NCBI GenBank assembly: GCA_028534125.1
Contig: CM052832.1
Location: 7,690,001 to 7,754,000, forward strand
Origin: Lama glama
Taxonomy: Eukaryota
DNA length: 64,000 nt
Reading direction: 5' to 3'
A program made the translations under genes and the position numbers. Of this stretch, positions 50,462-62,830 are shown piece after piece. The notes below the pieces were generated by a model. The model searched no databases, was not told the origin of the DNA, and saw only the letters and a list, made by a program, of their open reading frames with translations. How positions within the stretch are numbered: position 1 is the stretch's first letter; each line of letters starts with the position of its first letter.

Positions 50462-51354
50462 AAAGTTGTCTATTTGCTCCCAAGGTTGATGTAGAGAGTC
50501 AATGAAATTCCAAGCAAAATCTCATTGGATGTGTATACATGGTAGTGGTTGTGGGGGGAAGAACTGGTGGACTAAGAACTAAACAAGCTGATTCTAAAAT
50601 TTATTTGGAAGAACACAACAAGGGGTCAGGATAATCTGAAGGTGGGGGGAGTTGTCCTTCCAGATATCAAAACTTACATACAGTAAAACTATAAGGTTAA
50701 GATAGTGTGGTATTTGCACTAGAAGAGAGAAAGAGACCTATGGAAGAGAATACTAAATCCAGGACCGAACCCAGGGCAGAAGCAGCAGAATGGACTCAAC
50801 ATAACTGTGACACGTTGTTATCTATGAAGGACAAAAATACAAGTGGATTCTTACCTCACACCCTACATAAAAATAAAAAATTTCAGGTGGATTACAAATC
50901 TGTGAAAGGCGACAGTGTACATCTTTTAGAATACAGTGAGGGAGGATATTGCCATGACCTCAGAGTAGAGAAGGAATTCTTTAACAAGGCATGTAAGCAC
51001 AAACTGTAAAGGATAACACTGACAGACATGATGACATCAAAATTAAAGTCGTAAAGAGATCATGTTAGACAACAGTAAGAAGCAATGAACTAGAAGCACA
51101 TATGTGGATATTTCTCAAAGCATAGTGTTGAGTGGGAAAATATGGAATGAACAAAAATTAGAGCATATTTCCAGTTATACAAGTTAAAAACATATAGACA
51201 CATTATTTTATTCTTTTTTATGGCTGAGTAGTATTTCGTTGTGTGTGTGTGTCTGTATACACACTATATATATAAAGATATACAATGTGTATATATGTAA
51301 TTTAGACACATATATATATATACACACACTATATACAGTCACATATATACACAA

Positions 51355-52234
51355 TGACCCTTTCAGCCCAACCTCAAGATCTTTTTATTAATACAATTAT
51401 CTTTAAAAATTTGTGGTTTTTTTCTATGAATGATCTTGGGGTTTTCTCCATTAGACAAACACCACACACACAAATCTCTTTGAGATAAGCTCTTCTCTAC
51501 CTTAGGCTTCTACCGCAATGACTAAACTTACCTGTAAGCTTCTTAGAAGTCCTATTGTTTGATTGAGAGGATCTGTGAGACACATCCTTAAACACTTTAG
51601 AACACCTTTTGTCTAGATGGATGGTACTCTAAGGCACACCCTTCAATCTTTCAGATCTCTTAGCAAAGGATTTTACAGCCACATCCACAGCATTATTTCT
51701 CGACTGTACTTTCCTGGCATAATTTACTCTTTAGTTGAAAGATATTTCTCAGTTTTATAATCATTTGGCTGCTGGAGGTTCTTGGAAGCTTCTAAATCAG
51801 CAAGTCTTGGTTCCTTTTTGTTCAGTAGTCTTTCCTTTAGTGCATCTGCCTCTTGTTGTATTTCAGTACAAGCAGCAAAATCCAGGGGAACTTTTATCAC
51901 TTTGGCTAATAATATCTTAGGTAGTTCACCCAGCTCCTTGGTGGCATCTCCTATCCCCCCAAGAAGTACAGGCGACATGATTGCTAAACTTTCTGCCACT
52001 ACATATCAGCGATTCTCCTCTACCCCATTTCTAATAACATACTCCTCGTTGCCTGTTAAGCCCACACCTGCAGCCCCCTCTACATCCGGACTGTTCAAGG
52101 CAAAACTGTTTAGGTCTTCATTTACACCCTCATCAACGTCCTGCTAGCTTCCACTCACTCCCAGGTTCTAAAGCCACCCCAGATTTGTAGATATTTATTA
52201 TGGCAGACCTCCCTCTTCCAGGTACCAAAAACCT
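51355..52234 (-). mobile_element. MaLR internal sequence (MLT-int) with gag-like ORF remnant
   Basis: ORF 51724-51999 (AESLAIMSP...ELGELPK...LKERLLNKKEPRLADLE) resembles the MLT1-int ORF; adjoins an MLT1 LTR. Confidence 0.75.
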
Positions 52235-52555
52235 GTATTACGTATGGATTGCTGTGTCACAAATTACTCCCTAACACTTATTATCACACAGTGTCTGGGG
52301 TTCAGAGACTCAGAGCCAGCTTTGCTGAGAGGTTCTGGCTCAGGGCCTCTCATGCAGTTATCGTCAGGATATTAGCAGAAGCTGAAGTCATTAGAAGGCT
52401 TGCCTGGGACTGGAGGACCGGTTTCCGAGCTGACTCACCCACATGGGTGTTGGCAGGCAGCCTCCATTCCTCACCGCGTGGCCCTTGCCACAGGCTGCTT
52501 GAGTGTCATCACGACACGGCGGCTGGCTTCCCTGAAGCAAGGGATACATGAGAGA
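52235..52555 (-). mobile_element. MLT1-type LTR fragment
   Basis: 'tgtattacgtatggattgctgtgtcacaaattactccc...ggctcagggcctctcatgcagtt...gggactggagga'. Confidence 0.75.
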
Positions 52556-52559
52556 GTCT

Positions 52560-52860
52560 GCCTTTATATTTTAACAAGGGTCATTCTGGTTGCTGTGTGG
52601 GAAGCCAAGGGCAGAAATGGGGAACTTATTTAGAAGCTAATAAAGCTATGCAAGCAAGAGATGATGGCGGCTTGGACGAGAGAAAAAAAAGCAGTGGACG
52701 TGGTGGAGAATGCTCAGTTTCCGGGTATGTTTTGATATTTTGCAGGCAGAGCTGATAAGATGTGCTGAGAGACTGGCTAAGGAGTCTAACAGAAGAGTCA
52801 AGAAGATCAATAAGGTTTTGATCTAAGTAAAATGGAGGCATGAAATCCCCACTACCGGAG
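52560..52860 (-). mobile_element. L2 fragment
   Basis: 'ttttaacaagggtcattctggttgctgtgtgg...caagagatgatggcggcttggac'. Confidence 0.7.
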
Positions 52861-54338
52861 GTGGTCACCCTACATACAATTCGAGAACCTTTACTATCCA
52901 TATTTTACCAGTGAGCAAAGTGAGATTTTGAGAGTTTAAGTACCTTGCTGAAAGGCCCCCAGGTAGGAAGTGATGCAGCTGGTTCTTAACTGCCACATAC
53001 TACTGTCCACTGAGCCAGGAATATTACTAGATGGAATTGCTTGTCAACACGCTTCACTAAAAACAGCTGGCAGGTGCCCGTGTTGCCTCCAGATGGCTGG
53101 CCCAGCCCCGGGCCTGAGGCTGAGAGGGAGAGTCTCCCCTCCATTCACATGCCTGGGGCCACGCTGCTCACCGCCTGTGCCCCTGCTATCCTGGGACCCA
53201 GACAGGGTCTGGTGCTGGGTGTGAGTCACACTGATGTGGAAGCTTCCAAAAATGCACCGAACACCCCCAGAGGGAAGGCAAGGTCAGGGGAGACCTGTCC
53301 CCCACGCACGACCAGGCTGTCTGCCTTCCAGCCGGAGGATGTTAGCACCACTTTAGGAATCTGCCGCCAGGGCCAGCTCTGCCCTGGAAGACGCTGAGGG
53401 CGGGAGCCTGAACCATTCAGCCAGGACCCAAGGACAGTCATTCCTGCAGCTGTTCACATCAGGATCCCCAGGGGAGGCAGAGTCCGGCATTTTCTACTCT
53501 AACTCAGTTTCCACCCTCACCTGTTAAGCCACAGTGCAGCTTCTGAGGTGTGAAAGGAGGAGGAGGATTCCGGGTGGCCTCCCGGGGAGGAAAGGATCCA
53601 GTTTCCAAATGGTCCCCATTCACTTTGTCCTTGCTTGTGACTCCCTTACGGTTTGGGGAGTGGCAATGTCTTCCTTTTTCTCTTTCTTTTCCTTCTCCTT
53701 CCCTACAGGAGAGGATGTAATGGATGCTTTGTGTACCTGTGAAATTTGTGCATAAGCCCCAAAAGAAACAGTGGATTTGTTTCATCTTGTATGAAAGAAA
53801 AAAGAAAAAACCTTGAAGGGGCAAAGCAAAGAACATTTCAGTCGCTCCATTTGGGGTCAAATTAGGAAGAGTTTCCTGGCGGGGTAGGGGGCGGATTTGG
53901 AGTGCGGGGACCTTGGGGAGGGGTCTGGGTGTCACCACTTTTTCATTTCAGAGTAGAAAACCCAGAGACTCAGAGGAAGACCCACAGTGGGGACCACAGG
54001 TCTATGGGGAGTGGAAGAAGTGTAGTTAAAACAAGTCATCGCTTTTCACCCATCGAATCAGCGAGGATATTTTGAAATATAAATCCAGCATCATGAGGAT
54101 GTCGTAAGACCGCTGTACCTGTGGCAGCGGGAAAGTAAATTGTCACAATCCTCGGTAAGCAGTTGGGCAGTTTGTATCAAAAGCCTTTAAAACACACCCG
54201 CTGTTTGAACCTGGAATTCCTAAACTACAGGTGTGCCATAAGCAAGTAGTCCTGGACGCACGCAGGGCTTCGGCTAAAGGAGTGCCTGCAGCAGCCTCGA
54301 GCATTTGAGGGAAGAGTTGGAAACAATTACAGGGTCCA

Positions 54339-54521
54339 GGGAGGGAAATAGCACAGCGGTGGATGGAGCCCATGCTTAGCAATCCCCAGTACCTCCATGG
54401 AAGGAAGGAAGGAAGGAAGGAAGGAAGGAAGGAAGGAAGGAAGGAAGGAAGGAAGGAAGGAAGGAAGGAAGGAAGAGGGAGGGAGGGAGAGAAAGGAAGG
54501 AAAATTTTTAAAAATTTAAAA
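54339..54521 (+). mobile_element. Internally deleted Vic-1-type SINE whose tail is a (GGAA)19 microsatellite
   Basis: 'gggagggaaatagcacagcggtg...gagcccatgcttagc|aatccccagtacctcc'; TSD aaacaattacagg at 54321-33 and 54522-34. Confidence 0.85.
54399..54474 (+). repeat. (GGAA)19 microsatellite
   Basis: Directly visible, perfect. Confidence 0.98.
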
Positions 54522-54586
54522 AAACAATTACAGGAAATTGGTTAATAAATCACGCATCCAAATGCTGACAGTAAAACTTGTGTGGT

Positions 54587-54750
54587 GGGGGCAGAAGGTA
54601 CAGCTCAGTGGTAGAGAGCATGCTTAGCATGCATGAGGCCCTGGGTTCGATCCCCAGTACCTTCTCCAAATATAAATAAATAAATCCAATTACCTACCCC
54701 TCATTTAAAAAAAAAAAACACAAAACAAGAGAAAAAAACCATTAAAAAAA
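54587..54750 (+). mobile_element. Vic-1-type camelid SINE
   Basis: 'agctcagtggtagagagcatgcttagcatgcatgaggccctgggttcgatccccagtacc' is close to tRNA-Ala(AGC); A-rich tail; TSD aaaacttgtgtggt / aaacctttcgtggt. Confidence 0.94.
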
Positions 54751-55229
54751 AAACCTTTCGTGGTAGAAGACTATTTACTGATAGAGGAAGATAGACACTT
54801 GTATTGTCAGGTGAGAAAGCAAGACACTTTAAAGGGAGACATGAGACATAGATCATCCAGAGATCATAGATCTGCATCTCTGTCTGACCAACAGCAGCTT
54901 ATCAAAATGACCAAAGACTCAAACTAGACATTCACATAACCTGGGCAGCCTAACTTACTCTCTCAAAGCCTCAGCTTCCCCACCTGTGAAAAGGGGATAA
55001 AAGGCCCTTCCTCGTGCCCATGGTCAGAAGGCTTGTCCCCGCCCCGCCCTGATCCTCCTCAACCTTCCACACACCCTGCTCAAGCCTCACTGCCTTCAGA
55101 AAGTCTCCTGGGGCTGCCTTAGGCCCCAGTCTCTTCCTCCACTGTATCCTCCCAGCCCCGCAGAGGGCTGCGCAGCCCCACCCCCACCTTAGCACATTCG
55201 TCAACCTGTCAGTCTTCATCCCAATATAC

Positions 55230-55415
55230 AGACCTGGCTCCAGGCTTCCTGCACATGTGCCCTGCAACAAGTCACCTGATCCCATGGGGCCTCTGTTTCC
55301 CATCTGTAAAATGGGGATAATCACATCACTCCTCTACCCCAGTGCATCAGGCATGAGAAACAACCTGCAAAGCAGTACGGCTCAATGTGGTCACTCCATG
55401 AATGGTACCTACTGT
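55230..55415 (+). mobile_element. MIR SINE
   Basis: 'caagtcacctga...gcctctgtttcccatctgtaaaatggggataat'. Confidence 0.75.
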
Positions 55416-56356
55416 GATTCAAGGCCATATGTCCCTCTTCTTGTGTAACTGGCTCTCCTGTCTACAGAAAAGTGCACAGGCTGTGGATGGGGGCCTGAGG
55501 AGCTGAACCGTGTGAAGGAAGCGAGTGGCCTTCTTAGAGGTTTGAGGATTTTCTACTTCCTTCCTGGTTCTCTGCTGAGAGTAGTCGAGGGGGTTCCCAG
55601 CGTGCTGCGTGATTTAACCATCTTGTGCAGGTTTCTGTTCCCCTTTGGAAAGTGTGTTTCCGCCTCCAATGCCACTTTCCCTGAATTTGAGTAAAAGTCT
55701 CCAGGACTTTCCAGGTATTGAAAAAACTGCTCTGTGACAGAATTTCCCATCTTGGTGAGTCAGCTGAGGAAGTGGCCTTGGCAGAGACCACCTGTATTTC
55801 AGACACAAATAAGGGGCAGGTGTGTGTCTCTGAAGTGCTCACCAAGGAGACCACAGGTGTACAAACAACCATCCAAGCCACAGTCCCAGGTGGCAGGGAA
55901 CCACTACAAGAGGGGCAGTCACAGGTGGCTTCCAAGGTCAGGAACTGATGACACAAGGAACGTAGACTTGAGCAAAGAGAGTAGTAACCTGTGGGGTCCA
56001 CTTGGAGACCTAATGGTCTCCAAGCTGGGTCCATGTCTGAAATCCCCCAGAAGAGCTCACTGCCCTGGTGCCTCTCGCTCCCCAGCATGAACACACTCTG
56101 GGTGAGGAATCACTCAGCTACCATACTTACCTGCACTAAGATGTTGCCCAGAAAGACCAACAACTCAGCTGAGAAGTGGCTGAAGGGTACGAACAGCAAA
56201 TTCAGAGAAAGAGAATACAGATGGCCCCTGTGTGTGTAAAGAACTGGTCGATCTCACCCATCAGAAGAGAAATGCATGTTTAAAGTCCATTGAGATACCA
56301 TTTCTCACCTATCAGGTTGGCAAACATGCAGATGTTTGACAGCACACCCTGAAGCG

Positions 56357-56585
56357 TGCCAGTTACTAAGTTACCCGCGCTCAGCTCCAAACTCACCTCT
56401 CTCGGGCTTTGTGACGCTGGGGCTGAGACTGCAAACCACTCCACCGCCTCGCCAGCAGCTCCCTCTCAGGCTCTGCCATTAGGGGACACTAGAAGGAGAC
56501 TGCAAGGTTGCAGGTGGGAGGAGGAACTCACTCTTTCCTATTTCCTATTTTGCTTCCTGTCTGCTTCCTGCTTGTTTACTGTTTT
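56357..56585. mobile_element. ERVL-type LTR fragment (LTR41/LTR50-like)
   Basis: 'gtgacgctggggctgagactgcaaacc...ctctgccattaggggacactagaaggagactgcaagg'; subfamily assigned from memory. Confidence 0.55.
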
Positions 56586-57084
56586 TGAGAGGATCACTCA
56601 AAAAATGACTCATAAAATCGGTAAAGTTGGTGAAAGCACAAAATGGTACAACCTTTACATACAGTAATTGAACAATATCTAACTAAATTACAATTCAATT
56701 ACCATTTGGCCCAGTAATCAATCTCTCTTCATTCTAAATGGCACATGTTCAAGATTATCTATTGCAGCATCATTTGAAACAGTAAAAAGTGTCCATTTAT
56801 AGGGAACTGGCTACATAAAAGGGTGTATCCCCACAATGGCTGCTCTGCAGTAGTTAAAAAGAAAAAAACTTAGATTATTAAATGAAAAAAGTAAAGCATG
56901 ATGATGAACACTGTTCTGTGTTTACGCAACAGGGTAAGATTCAAAAACATGTTTCCATTTGCTTACAGTTGCCTATAGAAGCCCTGGGAAGATACACAGG
57001 AAGCTAGGAAGGGCAACTGCCCAGATAGCTGGAGTGGGGGTGTTGCAAGACAGTTTTCTGCACGTCTTCTGCACTGATGTATTA

Positions 57085-57400
57085 CCTGCACTGCAGTGTT
57101 TTGTTGTGAATTATCTTTTCAAAGATGTTTGTGTAGAAACAGCCTAAGAAGACAGATCAGTGCCTCCCTCCAGAGCGGAAAACAAGTTTGTTTGCAATCT
57201 GGTAAAATCAAGATAATGCCTCACCCCAGGGCAAAGATTGGACAGGTTTGTTGTTCTTAGCCTGATTGAAAAGATCGGGGGTTCCTAAGCTCAGGGATCC
57301 TCAGCTGTGAGGCAAACCCACCACGTGTGTAGCACCCACCTGGGCCTCTCCATGTAGCCTCTGGAACCTGGGGGGCGTGAAGGACCAATGTGAGCATCAG
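57085..57400 (+). mobile_element. ERVL-type LTR fragment (LTR40-like)
   Basis: 'aagatcgggggttcctaagctcagggatcctcagctgtgaggcaaacccac...cacctgggcc'. Confidence 0.55.
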
Positions 57401-58512
57401 GCTTGCTGTCTGCTGGACCGCGGGTGGTGAATCCCTTCTCAGTTCTTGATGAGGAAGAGGGGAATGAGATATATGAGGATGGAGTAGGATGGAACTTCTT
57501 CTGGGGCATCTTTTCATCCTATTGTGTTTTGAACCACATGATTGTATTACTTGCTCAATCGTAAGTAATATTTAATTTGAAATAAAAATGTTACTTTGGT
57601 ATGTGAGTCACAAAACTTTAGACTTCTGGACCTGGCAAGGGCTTTAGAGGACATCAGTTATGACCCTGGACTCCCACAGAGGAGACGACCAAGGTCAAGG
57701 GACATGAGGTGCCTTACCTGGCTAGTTCCTGGCGGATCCTGGAGGAACTCAGACTCCCTGACCTTCAGACCCATGTTCTTTCCAGCACCCAGGCTGGATC
57801 GGAAGAGGTCATCAGATATGAGTGAGATAAGGATGTTGAAAATAGGGCTGAAGACCATGATTTTGACTGCACAATTTAGCCTACAACCAGTACTACCTGA
57901 AATTATCTTCCCAGCCTCCCCCCCAAACAAATTCTCAATGTTTTGTTCTTACTGTAACATCTACTGCAGAACACACTCTTGTAGTGAATGGCCTCAAACT
58001 GTGTTCAGAAGCAAACAAAACACTTAAAAATTGCATGCTGATATTGCTAGTCTGACCTAAAAGACTTATCCATCCTGTCAGAAGCAACTATGGAGAGAAG
58101 ACAGATTCAAGGCTTCCTGGAATTGCCCCAAATTCTTAAGTCAGTGGCGGCACGAAATGGAAAAGAGAAGAGTGGGATATAGGGATTTGGGCAGTGGGGG
58201 CACTTGTAGGAAGATGTTCAGAGGCCAAAAATTTTCAAGAATCATTCTTGGTCCTTCAAAGGAAGGATGGCTATAGAACGTGCTTAATAAAGGTTTGTCA
58301 AATGAATAAGGGAGAGAGTTAAGTATTGCTGTCACACAGGTACATTTCTAGAATCACTAATATCAGGCTTGCTAATAATACCTGAGAGCCAGAGAAGGAC
58401 CACACCTTTGTCCCTGTTGCTGTGGTGCTTGATGTGGTGTGGAGAAAGGATACAGGATGGGCCCTGAGAAGCTGCCTCTTCAATCAATCGGACCAGCTCC
58501 ACGTGATTCAGT

Positions 58513-58690
58513 CCATGTATCCATCCATCCATCCATGTATTCATCCATCCATCCCTCCATCCATCCATCCATCCATGTATTTATCCATCCATCCCTCATC
58601 CCTCCATCCCTCCCTTCATCCATGTATCTGTCTATGCATCCATCCAACCATCCATCCCTCCACCCATATTTCCATCTATCCGTCATCTAT
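58513..58690 (+). repeat. Degenerate (CCAT)n simple repeat
   Basis: Directly visible; the source of the spurious HPSI/MDGW ORFs. Confidence 0.95.
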
Positions 58691-58989
58691 CCACCTTCTA
58701 ACCAATCCCAGTCTTCTAGGAGTTCTGAGTCTGGGTAGAGGGGCGGTGAGCAGAGATCACTAGAATACAGTCAGAAAAGTGCCAAAGAATGCTAGTATCT
58801 AATGCAGATACATATGAGGTAGACAGATAATGGAAAATGTTGTTTGGCTATTGCCCTGTCTGGCTCCTTCACCAAATGGTGAGCTCCTGAAAGGCAGGAG
58901 ACTGAGCTTCATTCACTTCTGTCTCCTCTGGGCTCAGGATGGCACATACTAAGTCAACATTTGTTCAATAAAACCATGCGTGTGCCTGT

Positions 58990-59345
58990 TAGTATTAGAA
59001 TGAATTAGATCATGCTGTGGTAACCAATAAAACCAAAATCTCAGTGGCTTAGAACAAACACAAAAGGTTGATTTCTTGCTCATGAAACGTGTCCTTCAAT
59101 TGACCAAGAGCTGGAAACTGCCATCAGGCTGGCCTCGGGCTGATGGAGCAGCCATCACCTGGAGCAGCACCTGTCACCACAGCAGAGGGAGAGATGGGGA
59201 TTTGTGGACTGTGCATTGCCCAGAAGTGCCCCCACTTCACCTCTGTTCATGTGTCAAGTCACCAGGCTGCACTTCAAGGAGAGAACCACCCCTCCATGTG
59301 CTCAGAGGGAGGTCAGGAAACACTTGTGTGATAGTCTGCCCTTCT
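58990..59345 (-). mobile_element. MLT1K/L-like MaLR LTR
   Basis: 'gctgtggtaaccaataaaaccaaaatctcagtggcttagaacaaacacaaaaggttgatttcttgctcatg'. Confidence 0.75.
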
Positions 59346-59871
59346 GCTCCCAGAATACTTGACTCACACTCTTCATCCTGTGAGAAATCAAGTCCCCTCT
59401 TCTCTCAGGGAGAGTTGGAAAGTCCCCTGCAGACGTCTGGTGGAGGCCCAGCAGCTCTGGGTGACACACAGTAGCTCATTTCCTGATAACTTGATGACAA
59501 GTTATCTGCCCCACCCCTCCAAGGTACCAGGGGGCCGGGGGCAGGACAGCTCTGCAATCCTGTTAGGGAACAAAGGGAGGCCTGAGCAGACACGGAAGTC
59601 CCACCTCGAGGGCACCCGTCCTCCCAGAGCAGACACTGAGGTCCCACCTTGAGGGCACCCAGGATTGTTTCCTGTTTTGGCCCAAAGTTCACTCTCTGGA
59701 GAAGCTCCCATTGTCCATTGCTCTCTGAGGCCTCTGATCAGCTCTCTGGAGGATTCTTTGCCTTTCACTATCCCCTTTAACAAGTCAGAAGTGAGCTCTG
59801 GGGAACATGTCCTTTTGGGGGGCTGAGCAGCTCTCCTGAGCCTCCACTCTCTGGTAGGGCGGCGGTCATCG

Positions 59872-60371
59872 NNNNNNNNNNNNNNNNNNNNNNNNNNNNN
59901 NNNNNNNNNNNNNNNNNNNNNNNNNNNNNNNNNNNNNNNNNNNNNNNNNNNNNNNNNNNNNNNNNNNNNNNNNNNNNNNNNNNNNNNNNNNNNNNNNNNN
60001 NNNNNNNNNNNNNNNNNNNNNNNNNNNNNNNNNNNNNNNNNNNNNNNNNNNNNNNNNNNNNNNNNNNNNNNNNNNNNNNNNNNNNNNNNNNNNNNNNNNN
60101 NNNNNNNNNNNNNNNNNNNNNNNNNNNNNNNNNNNNNNNNNNNNNNNNNNNNNNNNNNNNNNNNNNNNNNNNNNNNNNNNNNNNNNNNNNNNNNNNNNNN
60201 NNNNNNNNNNNNNNNNNNNNNNNNNNNNNNNNNNNNNNNNNNNNNNNNNNNNNNNNNNNNNNNNNNNNNNNNNNNNNNNNNNNNNNNNNNNNNNNNNNNN
60301 NNNNNNNNNNNNNNNNNNNNNNNNNNNNNNNNNNNNNNNNNNNNNNNNNNNNNNNNNNNNNNNNNNNNNNN
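59872..60371. other. Assembly gap (500 N)
   Basis: Run of N. Confidence 1.
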
Positions 60372-62724
60372 GCACTTTGCCCAGAACTGTCCTAAACTGC
60401 AGGCCATTTCTCTAATCAGTAGCAAACACAGGTGTCTGAGGTTCTCGATCTTCAGAAACATTAAAGCACTGTGTCCATGTGGAGAAAACCCTTCCAGTCA
60501 GGAAACATGCAGGGAGAAAAGCCTTTTGGGAGTGAGTAAACACCATTTGCAGGTGGAGACACTGATGGAGGAGGCTAGGGTCTCCGGGGGTTACATTTTT
60601 GCAGCTTAAGAGCCTTCTCTAAGCCCTGGGTTCAAGGAGATGCACTCCCAGGGGCCCCAAGAAAAGCATTCTTGTGGTAACACAAACCTGCTACAACTCC
60701 CCTTCATCTGAGCCCTCTTTGAAGTGATTTACATGAAGACGGGCAGGAGAAGCCATGGGGACGCTCACGTGCACTCTGTCCCTCTGTTGCGAGTAGGAAG
60801 CCTCTGCTCCTGCACCTCTGGGAAGGTTTGAGGTGCAGTTTCGGGGTAAAGGCTGCTTGGGAACAATCCATCTTCTGGGCCTATGCCTTCCAGAAACCGG
60901 AGACGCTTCATAGGATCTGTCAGTGGAAGAGAGGGCAAGGGGAGAGGGGGCGAGGGGACCCTATACAGTGCAGTCTCTGGATTTTCCCTCATCAGTAGGA
61001 CCTGTAGCCTCCCATCCCCACCCCACAGAGGTGACAGGACCTCCCAGAGAAATGGTCACCCGGTGCACCTGGGTGACGGAGGTGGGGAGGGTGACCCACC
61101 ATCCCAGTTTGCCCAGAACTGAAGGGATTCCAGGACAAAGGACTTTCAGCCCTAAAACTGGGTAAGCCTTGGGCAAATGGGTGGGGCAGATGTTCTGGCT
61201 GACCGCAAGAGGAAACCACGTACCGAGAGGAGCTGCAGGTGACCCTGCCCCAGTTTTCCGCCCCACAAACTCCCTGATTCTTGCGCTAGCCCAGGAGAGG
61301 GGCTCCCAAGGCAGTGGGGACTCAGGGCCAGACTTAATTTGATATACAGCAAATAATGGAGTTTGACTTTCCTTTATGCCAAGAGCTGTCTGCTTATCTC
61401 TTCCTGTCTCTATGTCAAGCCTTCCTTCCCTCTCTCCTCCTGCCCCCACATTAGACCAAATGAGATCTCCTGGGGGCTCATTGGCCACCAGGGTGACCAA
61501 GGATGGGCCTGAGTATCTGGCTTCCCTCTTAGCTCCCAGCCTAGAACTTGGGCTTTTGTGTCAAAGAGGTGCCACCCTGCAACCTCCCCACCCCATTCAA
61601 GAGGGGGAGGGGGAGCCGCACCCCCAATGCAGTTGGGAGTGGGGGGACACGGCTCACTCGCAGAAGCTGGCAGCATCCCCCACTCTGAGGGGCGCTGTCT
61701 CACAAACCCCTGGACAGGAGGGAATCCCTCGGCAGCACTTGCTCACTCAGATAACCGGCAGGACCACAGAGCGTGCCAGCACTCAGAGCAGAAATGGCTT
61801 CAGTGTGTGCTGTCTGTTCTCCGAGGCTCAGCCTGACGCTCGCAGGCCGCAGTGGGGGCGCTGAGCTGTCGGAAGGCGTTAAGTTACCAGCCAGCATCCC
61901 CACAGTGTGGGGAAGCTACCCAACCAGCTCTCCCTGGCCGAAATCACCAGAACCCCATCATCTGGACAAAGCCGGGTGAGAGAGACCACGACGGGGCTCG
62001 GCTGGGACAATGGCTATGCAGGTGCCCGGTAAGGGAGCCCTTTAAAAACAAATCCCCACAGATGCCACTGAATTCCCCCAAGACTTGCAAGGTGGCATAA
62101 CCCCAGTGTCACCTAAGGCCACCTGTCCCTTAAGATGCAGACCTAATAGGCATGTCCAATGTCCCCTCACCAAGACTTTAGCAATTCTCCGAGACTCTTT
62201 TATCCTGGCCTCCTCTGGCTCTGGTTCTGGGCTTCTGTTCATCTTCCTCCTCTCTGTGCTCTTCCTGTGATGCCTCCCCAGCACTGAGCCAGGAGAAGAG
62301 GACCCTTTTCCCCACCCCCCAAGCCTCTCCATACAATCAGGCATGGAAATTGGGTGCAGAGATTCTTCTGAAGATTCAGGGGCAACAGCAAGAAGCATGC
62401 CTCTCACTCCAAGCTGCAGGGAAAATAAACAGTGGACCCTGAAGTTCTTAAGAAGTCCCTGGGCTATTTCCTCTCCCTCGGCTTCAGGTCCACGTTGCTC
62501 CAGCCCTCTCTCCCCTAATCCCGCTGCCCTGAACCCATCACCACCTCCTGGTCCCTTTCTTATGCAGTCTAGGATGAGTCTCCATCCCTCCTCTTCCTCC
62601 AGTTTCCTCCAAGGAGCCCCCTCCCACCCCTAAGGGTCCTATTTGTGCATTTTCATAAACTAAGACTGTTCCTTTCCTAAGTGAAACTGATGCAGGTTGT
62701 GGTGAAATGGTGCTTTTCTTCCCC

Positions 62725-62830
62725 TGAAAGTACCACTCTTTAGGGATGAGGACGTTTGGGCTCAGACAGGCTAAGTAACTTAGTCAAGGTCACACAGCCA
62801 GTAAGAAGTAGAACTGGGATCACACTGGGA
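62725..62830 (-). mobile_element. MIR SINE
   Basis: 'gggctcagacaggctaagtaacttagtcaaggtcacacagccagtaagaagtagaactgggat'. Confidence 0.8.

Larger units (their letters stand above)
49385..51200 (+). mobile_element. Old L1M ORF2/3' fragments
   Basis: Degenerate ORF2: 'tcattatttgcaggtgatttggttttccatatagaaaaccc', 'acaagctgattctaaaatttatttggaa', 'ttacctcacaccctacataaaaataaa'. Confidence 0.8.
54035..54835 (+). mobile_element. L1ME-type 3' fragment carrying two SINE insertions
   Basis: 'gtaagcagttgggcagtttgtatcaaaagcc...gtttgaacctggaattcc', 'gtcaggtgagaaagcaag'. Confidence 0.6.
56150..57590 (+). mobile_element. L1ME-type 3' region interrupted by two LTR fragments
   Basis: 'atcagaagagaaatgcatgtttaaag...gagataccatttctcacctatcaggttggc', 'accatttggcccagtaatc', 'tgtgttttgaaccacatgattgtattac'. 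Confidence 0.7.

Noticed and set aside
54587..54670. tRNA-Ala-like gene (likewise at 18571, 39563, 50326)
   Set aside because: Broken acceptor stem, A-rich tail and TSDs identify these as tRNA-derived SINEs.
58332..58763. His/Pro/Ser-rich and MDGW-repeat ORFs
   Set aside because: Translations of the (CCAT)n simple repeat.
59502..60461. 319-aa and 169-aa ORFs
   Set aside because: Artefacts of translating through the 500-N gap.
60961..62633. Cluster of 100-180 aa ORFs in GC-rich DNA
   Set aside because: Overlapping on both strands, no recognisable homology and no coherent exon chain; expected at high GC.
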